NCBI GenBank assembly: GCA_049177215.1
Contig: CP185379.1
Span: 352,957 to 416,956 of the forward strand
Source: Candidatus Pollutiaquabacter aromativorans
GTDB taxonomy: Bacteria; Bacteroidota; Bacteroidia; AKYH767-A; 2013-40CM-41-45
DNA length: 64,000 nucleotides
Direction: 5' to 3'
Each line of letters opens with the position of its first letter. The first letter of the stretch is position 1. The position numbers and the translations under genes are program-made. Positions 1 through 10,061 of the stretch are shown piece after piece. Under the pieces are notes generated by a model that searched no databases, had not been told where the DNA came from, and saw only the letters and a program-made list of their open reading frames with translations.

Positions 1-1623
1 GGGGAGCGGTTGCGGTCCGATAGCGATACCGAGATCCTGTTATTACTCTACGAGCGCTTCGGCGAGCGTTGCCTGGATCATCTCAACGGGATGTTCGCGT
101 TCGCGATCTGGGATCCGCGAAAGGAAGAGCTCTTCCTGGCGCGTGACCGTGCCGGTAAGAAGCCGATCTATTACACCTTGCAGGAGGGCGTCTTTGCCTT
201 CTCTTCCGAGTTGCGCTCCCTCTTCGAACTGCCTTTTGTGAAACGGGAACTCGACGAGTCGGCACTGTATCATTTCCTGACCTATAATCTGCTTCCGCCT
301 CCTTTGACGATGTTCAAAGGCATTCACAAGTTTCACCCGGCGCATTGGATGAAGGTGAAACGGAATGGCATTCACGAGTACCAACCGTATTGGGAGGTCG
401 GATACCAGCATACCGGCGCACGCGACGAGCGGGAACTTTCCGCGGAAGTATTGGAAGGACTGCGCAAAGCGGTGTCTTATCGCATGGTTGCCGATGTGCC
501 GGTAGGAGCATTCCTCAGTGGTGGTGTAGATTCCAGCGCCATTGTCGCGTTGATGTCGGGGATGACAACTGTGCCGGTCAAAACGTATTCCATCGGATTT
601 TCCGGTCAGCCCGAATTCGACGAACGCGTCTATGCCGAAAGGATCTCCAAAAAATTCGGTACCGACCACTACGAGCGGCAAGTCACCCCCGACGATATCC
701 GGGAGTTTCTCCCGAAGATGGTGGACATCTTTGATGAGCCGCTCGCTGACGCGACCTGCATTCCGATCCATTTCATTTCGGAAAAAGCCCGGGAGAACGG
801 GACCATTGTCGTACTGACCGGCGACGGCAGTGATGAGCTCTTCGCCGGTTATCGCAACTGGATGCGGGTGGCCGGTTTGTATCCGGCCTTCGAACGTTTT
901 CGGGCAATGCCTGCCATGCTTAAACGTCCGGTTGCCGGTTTGTACGGCTTGCTGGATAGCACCTCTCCCCGCTACGAGATCTTATCCAGGGCGGCGCGTG
1001 ATCAGGAATTCTTCTGGGGAGGAGCCAAGAGCTTTAAGGAGAGTACCAAGCGTGATTTTCTATCCGAAGACTATAATCGTCGGACAGCTGAGCTGGACAG
1101 TCATTCGGTCATCGCTTCGTTTCGTCGGCAGTACGAGGAAGCTGACCGGAGAAGTGACAGCAGTCCGCTGGACTGGATGTGCTACCTCGGATTCAAGTTC
1201 AACGTGCCCAACTATTACCTCCATCGCATGGACCGGCTGGGCATGGCACACTCCATCGAGGTGAGAACGCCTTTTCTGGACTATCAGTTTGTCAACATGG
1301 CGCTGAACATCCCGGAAAAGTGGAAGATCCGCGATGGAGAACCGAAATGGATCCTGAAAAAGTCGCTCGAGGGACTGCTCGATCACGATATTTTGTACCG
1401 GAAAAAGCGGGGGTTCAACGTACCCCTGAAGGCCTGGGCGGGTGACCTGATGGTCGATTATATCAGCAAAAATCTCCGGCCTTTCTGCAACGATTTCCCT
1501 CAGTTCAGGTATGAAGGACTACACCGGCAGGTGGAACGCCTGAAAGGGGGGAACGAACAGGTGGCCAACACCCTTTGGACCCTCTATTACCTGATGGCTT
1601 GGTTCCGCCGGTGGCTGGGTTAA
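1..1623 (+). CDS. asnB: asparagine synthase (glutamine-hydrolysing), C-terminal synthetase portion; 5' end lies outside the window
   Basis: ORF 10..1623. The AsnB-type PP-loop 'AFLSGGVDSSAIVAL' and the usual downstream motifs are present. The frame is open to the window edge, so the N-terminal GATase domain is missing. This gene is common at the head of exopolysaccharide loci. Confidence 0.85.
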   Translation, partial: GERLRSDSDTEILLLLYERFGERCLDHLNGMFAFAIWDPRKEELFLARDRAGKKPIYYTLQEGVFAFSSELRSLFELPFVKRELDESALYHFLTYNLLPPPLTMFKGIHKFHPAHWMKVKRNGIHEYQPYWEVGYQHTGARDERELSAEVLEGLRKAVSYRMVADVPVGAFLSGGVDSSAIVALMSGMTTVPVKTYSIGFSGQPEFDERVYAERISKKFGTDHYERQVTPDDIREFLPKMVDIFDEPLADATCIPIHFISEKARENGTIVVLTGDGSDELFAGYRNWMRVAGLYPAFERFRAMPAMLKRPVAGLYGLLDSTSPRYEILSRAARDQEFFWGGAKSFKESTKRDFLSEDYNRRTAELDSHSVIASFRRQYEEADRRSDSSPLDWMCYLGFKFNVPNYYLHRMDRLGMAHSIEVRTPFLDYQFVNMALNIPEKWKIRDGEPKWILKKSLEGLLDHDILYRKKRGFNVPLKAWAGDLMVDYISKNLRPFCNDFPQFRYEGLHRQVERLKGGNEQVANTLWTLYYLMAWFRRWLG

Positions 1624-1629
1624 CCGATC

Positions 1630-2766
1630 ATGGCCATCCGGAAGATCCTCATCGTTACCAATATTCCGACTCCCTACCGGATCCCGCTTTTCAATGAGGT
1701 GTACCGGCAGTTGAAAGTCCGTGGCATCGAGTTGAAAGTGCTCTTTGGCGCTGAGGGATATGCGCGTCGGAAGTTCAGGTTCCAGGCGGAGCAATGTCAG
1801 TTCCCCTTTGCTTTCCTCGGTTCCTCCTCGGTGGCGTTTGGCGATTCCGAAAAGACCATGTTCTCTTATGGGGGCATCATGAAAGCGATTCGCGCCGAGC
1901 AGGCGGATCGGGTAGTGGTCAGCGGCTTTTCACTTGCAACCATGCGGCTTTGGTGGAGATCCTGGTGGGCCCGACAGGAGTATATCATCTGGTCCGGTGC
2001 CATCGCGCATCCAGGTCGAAACGACTCGTTTTTACGTCGCCTGCAGAGACGCTTGGTCGTCAGCAGAGCAAGCGGTTTCCTGGCTTATGGAACACTGGCC
2101 AAAGACTATCTCATCGGGCTGGGTGCACGGCCGGATCGGGTTGGCTTAGCCTTTAATACGGTCGATACGACCTTCTTTTCCGAAGAAACCGAAGGCCTTC
2201 GAAAATCCCTTACCGCCGGCCCGCCTTTTCATCTGACCTATGTAGGCTATCTCTCCGCCAGGAAGAATGTGGTCAGGGTCCTGGAAGTGGTCAAAAAGCT
2301 CAAAGAATCGCGTACTGATTTCGTTCTTGACCTGGTCGGGGATGGCGATCAACGTGAAGAGCTTGAAAATTGGGCAAAAAACAACGGTTTGGAAACCTGT
2401 GTGGTATTTCACGGGTATAAACAGAAGGAAAATTTGCCGGCCATTCTGGCTCGCAGTAGTGTATTCCTGTTTCAGACCGACTTCGATATCTGGGGACTGG
2501 TGTTGAACGAAGCAATGGCCGCAGGATTGCCGGTCATTTGCTCGCCGCATGCCGGGGCTGCTCCGGATCTCGTCGTGGAAGGTGAAACGGGTTTCATCAT
2601 GGACTATGCTGATACCATCGGCGTCGCAAATCGGGTGAGTCAATTGCTCGATTATCCCGAACAGGCGCGGCAGATGGGTATCCGTGCAGCGGACCGCATC
2701 CGGCAGCGATTCTCTCTCACCGACAGCGCGCGTGCGTATGTCGAAACCCTGCTTGCCGAAGGTTAA
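1630..2766 (+). CDS. glycosyltransferase family 4 (GT-B fold)
   Basis: 378 aa. The C-terminal half carries the GT4 signature 'LVLNEAMAAGLPVICSPHAGAAPDLVVEGETGF'. It starts 7 nt after the asnB stop. Confidence 0.8.
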   Translation: MAIRKILIVTNIPTPYRIPLFNEVYRQLKVRGIELKVLFGAEGYARRKFRFQAEQCQFPFAFLGSSSVAFGDSEKTMFSYGGIMKAIRAEQADRVVVSGFSLATMRLWWRSWWARQEYIIWSGAIAHPGRNDSFLRRLQRRLVVSRASGFLAYGTLAKDYLIGLGARPDRVGLAFNTVDTTFFSEETEGLRKSLTAGPPFHLTYVGYLSARKNVVRVLEVVKKLKESRTDFVLDLVGDGDQREELENWAKNNGLETCVVFHGYKQKENLPAILARSSVFLFQTDFDIWGLVLNEAMAAGLPVICSPHAGAAPDLVVEGETGFIMDYADTIGVANRVSQLLDYPEQARQMGIRAADRIRQRFSLTDSARAYVETLLAEG

Positions 2767-2787
2767 TGCGGCTCTGATGTTGTTAGC

Positions 2788-4137
2788 ATGCTGACATTTC
2801 GCGAGTGGAAAGATCACTGGAAGGAACTGGATTGGACCCGGAAATGGTTCCCGATCTTCCTGTTCCTGCGTCCCGTCGCCGACAACTTCTACTTTCTCAA
2901 GGACTACGGCTCCCTTTATTCGCCCATCTATATACTTGGTGTATTGACGCCGATCCTGTGCTTCGTGGCGGTGAACCGGATGAAAAATATCCGTACCGTA
3001 GCAGCAGACCAGTATATGCGGATCTGGGCCATCATGATCCTGGTAAACGGGATCGCCTTGCTCACCTACGACGCTTCTATGGATAACTTCGGCAACACGC
3101 TGAAGTACTTATCGCCACCCCTGTTGTTCTTTTATCTCCGCCACTTTATCCAGTCAAAGCGCGACCTCGTTTTCATTCTCCAGACGTTTCTCTACTCAGC
3201 TGTCTATCCGTACCTCTCGATGGCCCTCGAACTGGTCTTCGGTCCGGTCGATCCGGAATACGTCTCGGCTGGTCGGGGCGGAGGCGCCCGTCTGCGGGGG
3301 TATTATGCCGACAGCGCCAATTATTTTATCTACTTCATCAACTCGGTGATCATCAGCGTCTACTTCTTCCTGGATCGGATCTTCACCAAGAGCAAGACGA
3401 ATCCGATGACCGCCAGCAAACTGCTCATCTTGTTCGCGGCGGCGCTGATCGGTATCATCCAGTTGCGACACGTGACTACCTGGGGAGCCCTGGCGGTGAT
3501 CATCGCACTGCTGCTTTACTTCAATTCAAAAAATGTCAAGGGGTATGGCGTGTTGATTGTAGTGGGATTGATCGTGGTACCCTTACTGGCAACACTCGTT
3601 TACGATCAGTACATCTATCCCCTGATCGCAAAGGAATTCAACGTGTGGGAAGGGGATGTGGACATACAATACGGTTTCAATGGTCGGATATCCCGTTGGG
3701 AGCGGTACTTTGAGATCTGGGGTCAGATGCCATCCATCGCTCACTTCTTTGGCGTTGCATTGTCCGGATTCCGGCAGGCGCCGATCATGATGAGTGGAGG
3801 TATGCACAATGATTTTGTCCGCATTCTTTTCATGACCGGAATTTTCGGTGTAGCGCTTTATGTATTGTTTATCCTCAGTATTTTCTTTCGCTGGACCATC
3901 TATAAAGTGCCCGAACGTTTCCTCATCCTGACCTCGGTGGCGGCCCTGATGATGTATTCCATGACCACGCTCCCGATGATCTATCCCGGGTTCCAGTATG
4001 TGTTCTTTTCGGTGTTCAGTTTCGCTTTGCTGAAGAAGCAAAAAGCCTACGGGGCGCCGCCTCCCCGACCGGTGTTTCGTCCTTCGCCTCAATTCCCGGC
4101 AGGGGGACCGGCCCCATCAACTTCGACCGCTTCCTGA
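2788..4137 (+). CDS. polytopic membrane protein, O-antigen polymerase/ligase (Wzy/WaaL-like) family candidate
   Basis: 449 aa, hydrophobic throughout with about 10 predicted TM segments. It sits between glycosyltransferases in a polysaccharide locus. The C-terminal Pro/Ala-rich tail is non-conserved. The start codon is uncertain. Confidence 0.5.
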   Translation: MLTFREWKDHWKELDWTRKWFPIFLFLRPVADNFYFLKDYGSLYSPIYILGVLTPILCFVAVNRMKNIRTVAADQYMRIWAIMILVNGIALLTYDASMDNFGNTLKYLSPPLLFFYLRHFIQSKRDLVFILQTFLYSAVYPYLSMALELVFGPVDPEYVSAGRGGGARLRGYYADSANYFIYFINSVIISVYFFLDRIFTKSKTNPMTASKLLILFAAALIGIIQLRHVTTWGALAVIIALLLYFNSKNVKGYGVLIVVGLIVVPLLATLVYDQYIYPLIAKEFNVWEGDVDIQYGFNGRISRWERYFEIWGQMPSIAHFFGVALSGFRQAPIMMSGGMHNDFVRILFMTGIFGVALYVLFILSIFFRWTIYKVPERFLILTSVAALMMYSMTTLPMIYPGFQYVFFSVFSFALLKKQKAYGAPPPRPVFRPSPQFPAGGPAPSTSTAS

Positions 4138-5237
4138 TGGAAAAACCGGTTGTTGTCATTCTGGGTAAGATCCCGCCGCCTTACATGGGGCCTTCACTCG
4201 CCACGCAGATCATCCTGAAGTCCTCCCTGAATGAACAGTTCAGGCTGGTACACGTCGATACGCGGGCGGTAAAGTCGCTGACCGCGATGGGAAAGTTTTC
4301 GTTTGCGAAAATCGGACGAAACCTCGGGATCTACCGTCATCTCTGGAAAACGATCCGGCGTGAGCACCCGGCTTTGGTGTTGGTGCCCATCAGTCAGTCG
4401 ACGATCGGCTTCTTAAAAGACGCGGTCTTTATCCTGATCGCCTTGCTCCTTGGTCGCAAAGTGCTCATCCACCTGCGTGGTAGCAATTTCCTCAACTGGA
4501 TGAAGGGTAGTAGCGCGATCACACGGACGTTCGTCAAAAGTGTCCTGCGACGAACCAACGGTGTCATCGTCCTCGGGAACAACCTGCGCTACCTGTTCGC
4601 GGGGATCTATCCGCCTGAACGAATCTATGTGGTCCCCAACGGTGCGGATTATGCACTCAGCAGCCGACCCAAATCAAATCATCCGGTTCGCCTGCTCTAC
4701 CTGGCCAACCTGCAGGCATCCAAAGGGATCGAAGACCTCGTAGAAGCAATCCGGTTACTGAAAGAGCAGGGAGTGGCGGATTTTCGATTGGATGTGGTGG
4801 GCGGTTGGCGATCATCGGCGACCCAACAATCTTGCGAATCACTCGTGCAGACGCATCAACTGCCGGTCAGCTTTCATCCGGCCGATGCCGGTGAGAAGAA
4901 ATTTCAATTCTTATCCGAAGCCGATATATTCATCTTTCCGCCGAGAGCGCCGGAAGGTCACCCTTGGGTGGTCGTTGAAGCCATGGCTGCCGGACTGCCG
5001 ATCATCTCCACTGACCAGGGAGCCATCGTCGAGAGTGTGTTGGATGGAAAGAATGGATTCATTGTACCCGTTCGTGATCCGGCCGCTATTGCAGCGCACC
5101 TGAAGGAACTGATCCAAAACGACGCGAAAAGAGTTGAAATGGGACAGTTTTCGAGACATTTGTATGAAACGGAATTTACCGAAAAACGTATGGTAGAAAG
5201 ACTGGCTGCGACCTTTCGGGCCGTTATCGCCGCGTAG
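4137..5237 (+). CDS. glycosyltransferase family 4
   Basis: 366 aa with the motif 'PWVVVEAMAAGLPIISTDQGAIVESVLDGKNGFIV'. The start overlaps the upstream stop (ATGA), which indicates operon coupling. Confidence 0.8.
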   Translation: MEKPVVVILGKIPPPYMGPSLATQIILKSSLNEQFRLVHVDTRAVKSLTAMGKFSFAKIGRNLGIYRHLWKTIRREHPALVLVPISQSTIGFLKDAVFILIALLLGRKVLIHLRGSNFLNWMKGSSAITRTFVKSVLRRTNGVIVLGNNLRYLFAGIYPPERIYVVPNGADYALSSRPKSNHPVRLLYLANLQASKGIEDLVEAIRLLKEQGVADFRLDVVGGWRSSATQQSCESLVQTHQLPVSFHPADAGEKKFQFLSEADIFIFPPRAPEGHPWVVVEAMAAGLPIISTDQGAIVESVLDGKNGFIVPVRDPAAIAAHLKELIQNDAKRVEMGQFSRHLYETEFTEKRMVERLAATFRAVIAA

Positions 5238-5248
5238 TACCACATCGT

Positions 5249-7378
5249 ATGCAACAACTGACGCAGAATCTGAAAGACGGAACCATGCAACTGCTGGAAG
5301 TTCCTTTTCCGGCATTGACATCCGGTACGGTTTTGGTCAGAAATCATTTTTCCCTGATCAGCGCGGGTACGGAAGGTAAGTCGGTCAAGGACGCGCGCCT
5401 GGGGTACATCGCCAAAGCACGTGCGCGTAAGGAAGAAGTCAAAAAGGTATTGCAAGCGGTCAAGACGTTCGGACTGAAAGACACCTACCGCATGGTGATG
5501 AATCGGCTCGATGCGCCCTCTGCGCTCGGCTATAGCTGCGCGGGGGAGGTGATCGCGGTTGCATCCGATGTCCGTGATTTCCAGGTCGGCGATCGCGTAG
5601 CGTGCGGCGGTTCTACCGCCAATCACGCGGAGGTGGTGATGGTTCCTGTCAACCTCTGCGTGAAGCTTGATCCGAACGTATCACTCGAACAGGCGGCGTA
5701 TACGACCGTCGGTTCCATCGCCCTTCAGGGGATTCGCCAGGCGGATCTGCGGTTGGGGGAAAATTGCGTTGTGATCGGACTCGGACTCCTGGGGCAGATC
5801 ACCATTCAGTTGCTGCGTGCAGCAGGGGTACGAACCATCGGGATCGACATCGACGAGCGGATGGTCCGCCTCGCGGAAACGATGGGATGTGACCTCGCCT
5901 TGTCACGGCGCCTCGAACAGTTGGAAGACATCGTGGCTAACTTTACGGGCGGACACGGTACCGACGCGGTAATCATCACAGCCGGCACCGACTCCACCGA
6001 TCCGGTCGATCTGGCCGGCGCACTTTGCAGGAAGAAGGGCAGGGTAGTGGTTGTCGGAGCGGTCCCGACCGGATTCAAGCGTCCGAATTATTTCAAGAAA
6101 GAACTGGAACTCCGCATGTCCTGCTCCTACGGTCCCGGTCGTTACGATCCGGAATACGAAGAACAGGGACTGGATTACCCCTATGCCTGGGTACGCTGGA
6201 CAGAGAACCGGAATATGATGGCCTTTGTCGAACTGCTGCGTTCAAGACGCATCGACCTGGAGCCACTGACGACGCACCGCTTCGATTTCAACGAAGCGAA
6301 AAACGCTTACCAACTGATTCTCGACCGCGCCGAACCCTTTGTCGGGGTTCTCCTGCGATACGATACGAGCCGTCCGTTAAAGACCCGCATCGAGTTTCAG
6401 GAACGAAAGAAGGCGGGAAGCGAACCGGGTATCGGCCTGGTCGGCGCGGGTTCCTTCGGACAGAACTTCCTGCTGCCGGCTTTGAAAGGCCTCGGCCGGA
6501 TGATCCATGTCTCCACCGCCCGGTCGAACAACGCGCGCAACATCGCCGATAAGCATGGCTTCGTGCGGTGTACCGGCGATGCTTCCGAAGTCATCAACGA
6601 TCCGGAAGTCAACGTCCTTTTCATTGCAACACGACACGATACCCATGCAGCCTTGGTGCTCGATGGCTTGAAGGCCGGGAAGGATGTATTCGTCGAGAAG
6701 CCGCTCTGCCTGCAGCCCGACGAGTTGACGGCTATTCAAGCAGCCTATCAGCAAGGACAATCGCGTCTGATGGTAGGTTTCAACCGTCGTTTCGCTCCGA
6801 TGATCAAAAAGATCAAGCGAACACTCTCATCGAACGCGCCTGTTGCCATCCAATACAGGATCAATGCGGGGCATGTGGCCGCTGATCACTGGATCCACAA
6901 CCCTTCGGTAGGTGGTGGGCGCATCGTCGGAGAAGTCTGCCACTTCGTGGACCTCTGTTCGTTCCTGGCCGCGTCGCCGGTTACCCAGGTTTCAGCCATG
7001 ACCATGGCCGATCCCGCCAATCAGCAGGATACACTTTCAATCACCCTCGGCTTTGCCAATGGCAGCGTAGCCGGTATCACCTATTTCTCGAACGGCAACA
7101 AACAACTGCCGAAAGAATACCTGGAGGTGTTCCAGTCGGGGAATGTTTCCGTGATGAACGACTTCCGGGAGCTTTCGAGTTTTGGAAAGAACAGCGTGAG
7201 CGAAAAAGGTGTCCAGGATAAGGGCCACAAAGCGGAAGTGCGCGCTTTTCTGGAGGCTGTTCGGAACGGTCAACCTTCGCCGATTCCCGCGTCAGACGTT
7301 TTCAACGCGACTGCCGCCACGTTTGCTATCCTCGAATCGATCGCGACAAAGGGCCAGGTCGTGCGCCTTGATCAATGA
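5249..7378 (+). CDS. bi-domain oxidoreductase (N-terminal zinc-type alcohol dehydrogenase/MDR domain fused to a C-terminal Gfo/Idh/MocA NAD-binding oxidoreductase)
   Basis: 709 aa. The N-terminal half looks like an MDR ADH ('GYSCAGEVIAVASDV', 'GLGLLGQ' Rossmann). The C-terminal half has the Gfo/Idh/MocA pattern ('IGLVGAGSFGQNFLLPAL', 'EKPLCL'). Confidence 0.75.
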   Translation: MQQLTQNLKDGTMQLLEVPFPALTSGTVLVRNHFSLISAGTEGKSVKDARLGYIAKARARKEEVKKVLQAVKTFGLKDTYRMVMNRLDAPSALGYSCAGEVIAVASDVRDFQVGDRVACGGSTANHAEVVMVPVNLCVKLDPNVSLEQAAYTTVGSIALQGIRQADLRLGENCVVIGLGLLGQITIQLLRAAGVRTIGIDIDERMVRLAETMGCDLALSRRLEQLEDIVANFTGGHGTDAVIITAGTDSTDPVDLAGALCRKKGRVVVVGAVPTGFKRPNYFKKELELRMSCSYGPGRYDPEYEEQGLDYPYAWVRWTENRNMMAFVELLRSRRIDLEPLTTHRFDFNEAKNAYQLILDRAEPFVGVLLRYDTSRPLKTRIEFQERKKAGSEPGIGLVGAGSFGQNFLLPALKGLGRMIHVSTARSNNARNIADKHGFVRCTGDASEVINDPEVNVLFIATRHDTHAALVLDGLKAGKDVFVEKPLCLQPDELTAIQAAYQQGQSRLMVGFNRRFAPMIKKIKRTLSSNAPVAIQYRINAGHVAADHWIHNPSVGGGRIVGEVCHFVDLCSFLAASPVTQVSAMTMADPANQQDTLSITLGFANGSVAGITYFSNGNKQLPKEYLEVFQSGNVSVMNDFRELSSFGKNSVSEKGVQDKGHKAEVRAFLEAVRNGQPSPIPASDVFNATAATFAILESIATKGQVVRLDQ

Positions 7379-8556
7379 AATCCGGGGAAGCAACGGTTGA
7401 TCTTCGGGACGCCCTGGATCGTCTCGTCGCCTACGTCGAGCGCGAAGGCTACAAAGGCTATGACCCGTACGATACGCTCAACGCGGTCATCCCCTTCCGC
7501 TGGTTCGGCCGCTGGGGTGAAGTGATCGCGACCCAGATCCAAAAGCGAAATCCCGTCAACATCCGGCCGCTGCTAGGCATTCGGAAAGGACATAATCCGA
7601 AGGCGATGGGCCTCTTCCTGCATGCCTACGCGTTGTTGCAACGGAAATTTCCGGAGCGCGATTACCGGAAGCAGATGAGCTTCCTGCTGAATTGGCTGAG
7701 CGAAAACAGGAGCAAGGGTTTCCAACATGCTTGCTGGGGTTACAACTTCGGCTGGAGTACGCCGAAAAAGCACCTGCCGGCTTTCGCCCCGACGGTGGTG
7801 GCCACCGGTTTCGTGGTCAAGGGGCTTTGGGAGTATCATCAACTTACCGGAGATTCCCTTGCTAAACAACTGATCCTCGATGCGGGGAAGTTCGTGGTCA
7901 ACGATCTTCCGCGTACGGAACTGAAGAACGGGATCAGCTTCAGTTACAGTCCCTATTTCCCGGATGTCTGCTACAATGCCAGCCTGCTCGGCGCCGAGAT
8001 CCTCGCGCGTGCTTACGCGTTAAACGGTGACGAAACGGATAAGCGCCTGGCAGTTGCCGCCACCGAATTCGTAGTCGGACAACAACACGCCGACGGACAC
8101 TGGAAATACAGTTTTGAACCCGATTCAGGTGTGGAACGCCACCAGGTCGACTTTCACCAGGGCTATGTGATCGATTCGATCGCGTATGTGATGCAATTGA
8201 CCGGGCACCATCCCGCGCATTGGCCCGAAGCCGTGCGCAAAGGTCTGCGCTATTTCCACGATGTGCAATTTCATGCCGACGGGCGCGGACTGTGGCGCAT
8301 TCCGAAAGAGTATCCCACCGAGATCCACAACCAGAGCCAGGGCATCCTGACGCTGAACCGCTGGCGCGCACTATCGCCGGAGACGGCCCCCAGAGCCAAA
8401 ACAATCGCCGACTGGACCATCCGCCACATGCAGGACCATAAGACGGGACATTTCTATTATCGACAATACCCCCACCATACCAACCGCATCTCCTTCATGC
8501 GTTGGAGCAACGCCTGGATGATGCTGGCATTGGCGGAATTGGTGAATAGTGAGTAG
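7375..8556 (+). CDS. conserved hypothetical protein of polysaccharide loci; possibly an alpha/alpha-toroid (heparinase II/III N-domain-like) fold
   Basis: 393 aa, start overlaps the upstream stop. There is no catalytic motif I can name with certainty. The fold assignment is a guess from helix-rich periodicity and genomic context (co-occurrence with the bi-domain oxidoreductase and DUF354). Confidence 0.4.
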   Translation: MKSGEATVDLRDALDRLVAYVEREGYKGYDPYDTLNAVIPFRWFGRWGEVIATQIQKRNPVNIRPLLGIRKGHNPKAMGLFLHAYALLQRKFPERDYRKQMSFLLNWLSENRSKGFQHACWGYNFGWSTPKKHLPAFAPTVVATGFVVKGLWEYHQLTGDSLAKQLILDAGKFVVNDLPRTELKNGISFSYSPYFPDVCYNASLLGAEILARAYALNGDETDKRLAVAATEFVVGQQHADGHWKYSFEPDSGVERHQVDFHQGYVIDSIAYVMQLTGHHPAHWPEAVRKGLRYFHDVQFHADGRGLWRIPKEYPTEIHNQSQGILTLNRWRALSPETAPRAKTIADWTIRHMQDHKTGHFYYRQYPHHTNRISFMRWSNAWMMLALAELVNSE

Positions 8557-8590
8557 TGAACCCTGCCCGCCGTAGCTTTAGCGAAGGTGC

Positions 8591-8998
8591 TAGCGAATAG
8601 CGAATAGCGAATAGCGAACAGCGAATAGTGAATTGTGAATAGTGAGTTTCGATAGCTGTCTTCGTCCCTCGTCCCTCGTCCCTCGCTCCTCGTCCCTCGG
8701 TCTCGCGTCTTCCTCCTGTCCCTGCCTACGCTAAAGCTTCGGCAGGCGAGCCTCGCTACCTCGCATCTTTTTTTCCTCGTCCCTCGGTCTCGGTCTCGCG
8801 TCTTTCTCTCGTCCCTCGTCCCACGTCCCTCGGTCTCGCGTCTTCCCCTCGTCCCTCGTCCCACGTCCCTCGGTCTCGGTCTCGGTCTCGCGTCTTCCCC
8901 TCGTCCCTCGTCCCACGTCCCTCGTCCCACGTCCCTCGGTCTCGGTCTCGGTCTCGCGTCTTCCCCTCGTCCCTCGCCCCTCGTCCCTCGTCCCTCCC
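8591..8998. repeat. field of heptanucleotide and hexanucleotide microsatellites between convergent genes: (CGAATAG)n, then (CTCGTCC)n and (CTCGGT)n
   Basis: Directly visible runs: 'cgaatagcgaatagcgaatagcgaacagcgaatagtgaattgtgaatagtgag' at 8591-8647 and 'ctcgtccctcgtccctcg...ggtctcggtctcggtctcg' at 8660-8998. The 3' end of the upstream gene ('gtgaatagtgagt', 8547-8559) is repeated at 8634-8646. Confidence 0.85.
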
Positions 8999-10042
8999 TC
9001 TACCATTCCCCGACTCAATCAGCCGGGTCATGAAGCTCGCGACTTCGATCTTGTCGTGCAGGAAACGCTGGCGCTTTGCTTCCCAGTGTTGACGATCGTG
9101 CAACAAGGGTAACCAGATCGTCACTTGTTGATACAAGGCCTCTTCGTTATCGGGGTGAATGCTGACACCCAGGCGATACTTTTCTTCCAGCTCGACCAGG
9201 TAGCCGATCTTGCCCGCAAATGCATTGAAGCGAATGAATGGAACGCCCAGCACCCCGGATTCTGCCGACATGGTCTGGCTGTCACCGATGAACAGCGATG
9301 AAAAGGCCATGATGTGGTGAATGTCGATCGGATGGATGTTCAAGCGGTAGGGCTCGAACTCGGGAGCCAGCGCGCGTTCCGAAGTGATATACACTCTTCC
9401 GTGCGGCTCCAGCAATTCAATGAGTTTACGCGCGATCGCGTCGCTGATCCCTTTGGCGTTGGTGTCGTGGTGCGCGCCCAGCTTGGCGAAGCGCAGGAGA
9501 AAGTAGGGCGTGTTTTCCGGTATGTAACGCTGCTTGACGGCGGGATCGGGCGTGAACAGATCGGGGTGGAGGTAGGCCAGTTCGTGGTTGCCGGCATAGG
9601 TGATGGTCTTGCCGGGCCGTCCGGTTACGCAGACTTCCGGCGCTAACAGGTGTTTGGCAAACGGATGAGCCAGCTTGTCGACCAGCGGCACGATCGCGGC
9701 ATCGTCTTCGTTCACGAAGATGTTCGGAATGCGCAACAACCAACCGACATGACAAATCTCCGTCGAGGTCCCGATCATCAGGTCCGGACGGTCGCGGAGG
9801 CAATGGGCAACCAGGCGGAGATCCTGCTTGAGCAATCCCAGCGCGATCGACCACTTGTTGTCCTTACGTCCGTGCGGAAGAAAGTTCCGGTATTCGAGTC
9901 CCTCCTTGCGCAACAGGTCTTCGAGTACGTCCTTCTTCGTCGCGATCAGTGTGAGACGATGACCGTCGGCCTTCAGCTTGCGGATCGTGTGCTTGAAGAG
10001 ATAGAAATGCGCCGGATGGTGCAGATAGATCAGTACGTGCAT
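8756..10042 (-). CDS. DUF354 family protein, with a ~78-aa low-complexity Arg/Asp/Glu/Gly tail read through the microsatellite field
   Basis: The N-terminus 'MHVLIYLHHPAHFYLFKHTIRKL' matches the DUF354 hallmark (h-x-P-x-H-F-x-x-FK). The conserved body ends near 'LIESGNG', about 9000 on the minus strand. The remaining frame to 8756 translates the (CTCGTCC)n repeats as 'RDEGRGTRDEGKTRDRDRD...'. Confidence 0.65.
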   Translation of the reverse strand: MHVLIYLHHPAHFYLFKHTIRKLKADGHRLTLIATKKDVLEDLLRKEGLEYRNFLPHGRKDNKWSIALGLLKQDLRLVAHCLRDRPDLMIGTSTEICHVGWLLRIPNIFVNEDDAAIVPLVDKLAHPFAKHLLAPEVCVTGRPGKTITYAGNHELAYLHPDLFTPDPAVKQRYIPENTPYFLLRFAKLGAHHDTNAKGISDAIARKLIELLEPHGRVYITSERALAPEFEPYRLNIHPIDIHHIMAFSSLFIGDSQTMSAESGVLGVPFIRFNAFAGKIGYLVELEEKYRLGVSIHPDNEEALYQQVTIWLPLLHDRQHWEAKRQRFLHDKIEVASFMTRLIESGNGRGRDEGRGARDEGKTRDRDRDRGTWDEGRGTRDEGKTRDRDRDRGTWDEGRGEDARPRDVGRGTRERRETETEGRGKKDAR

Positions 10043-10061
10043 GCCTTGGCAGTAATTGCGG

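Noticed and set aside
43-771. 242-aa minus-strand ORF overlapping asnB
   Set aside because: It is antisense to a strongly supported asparagine synthase frame and has no recognisable motifs.
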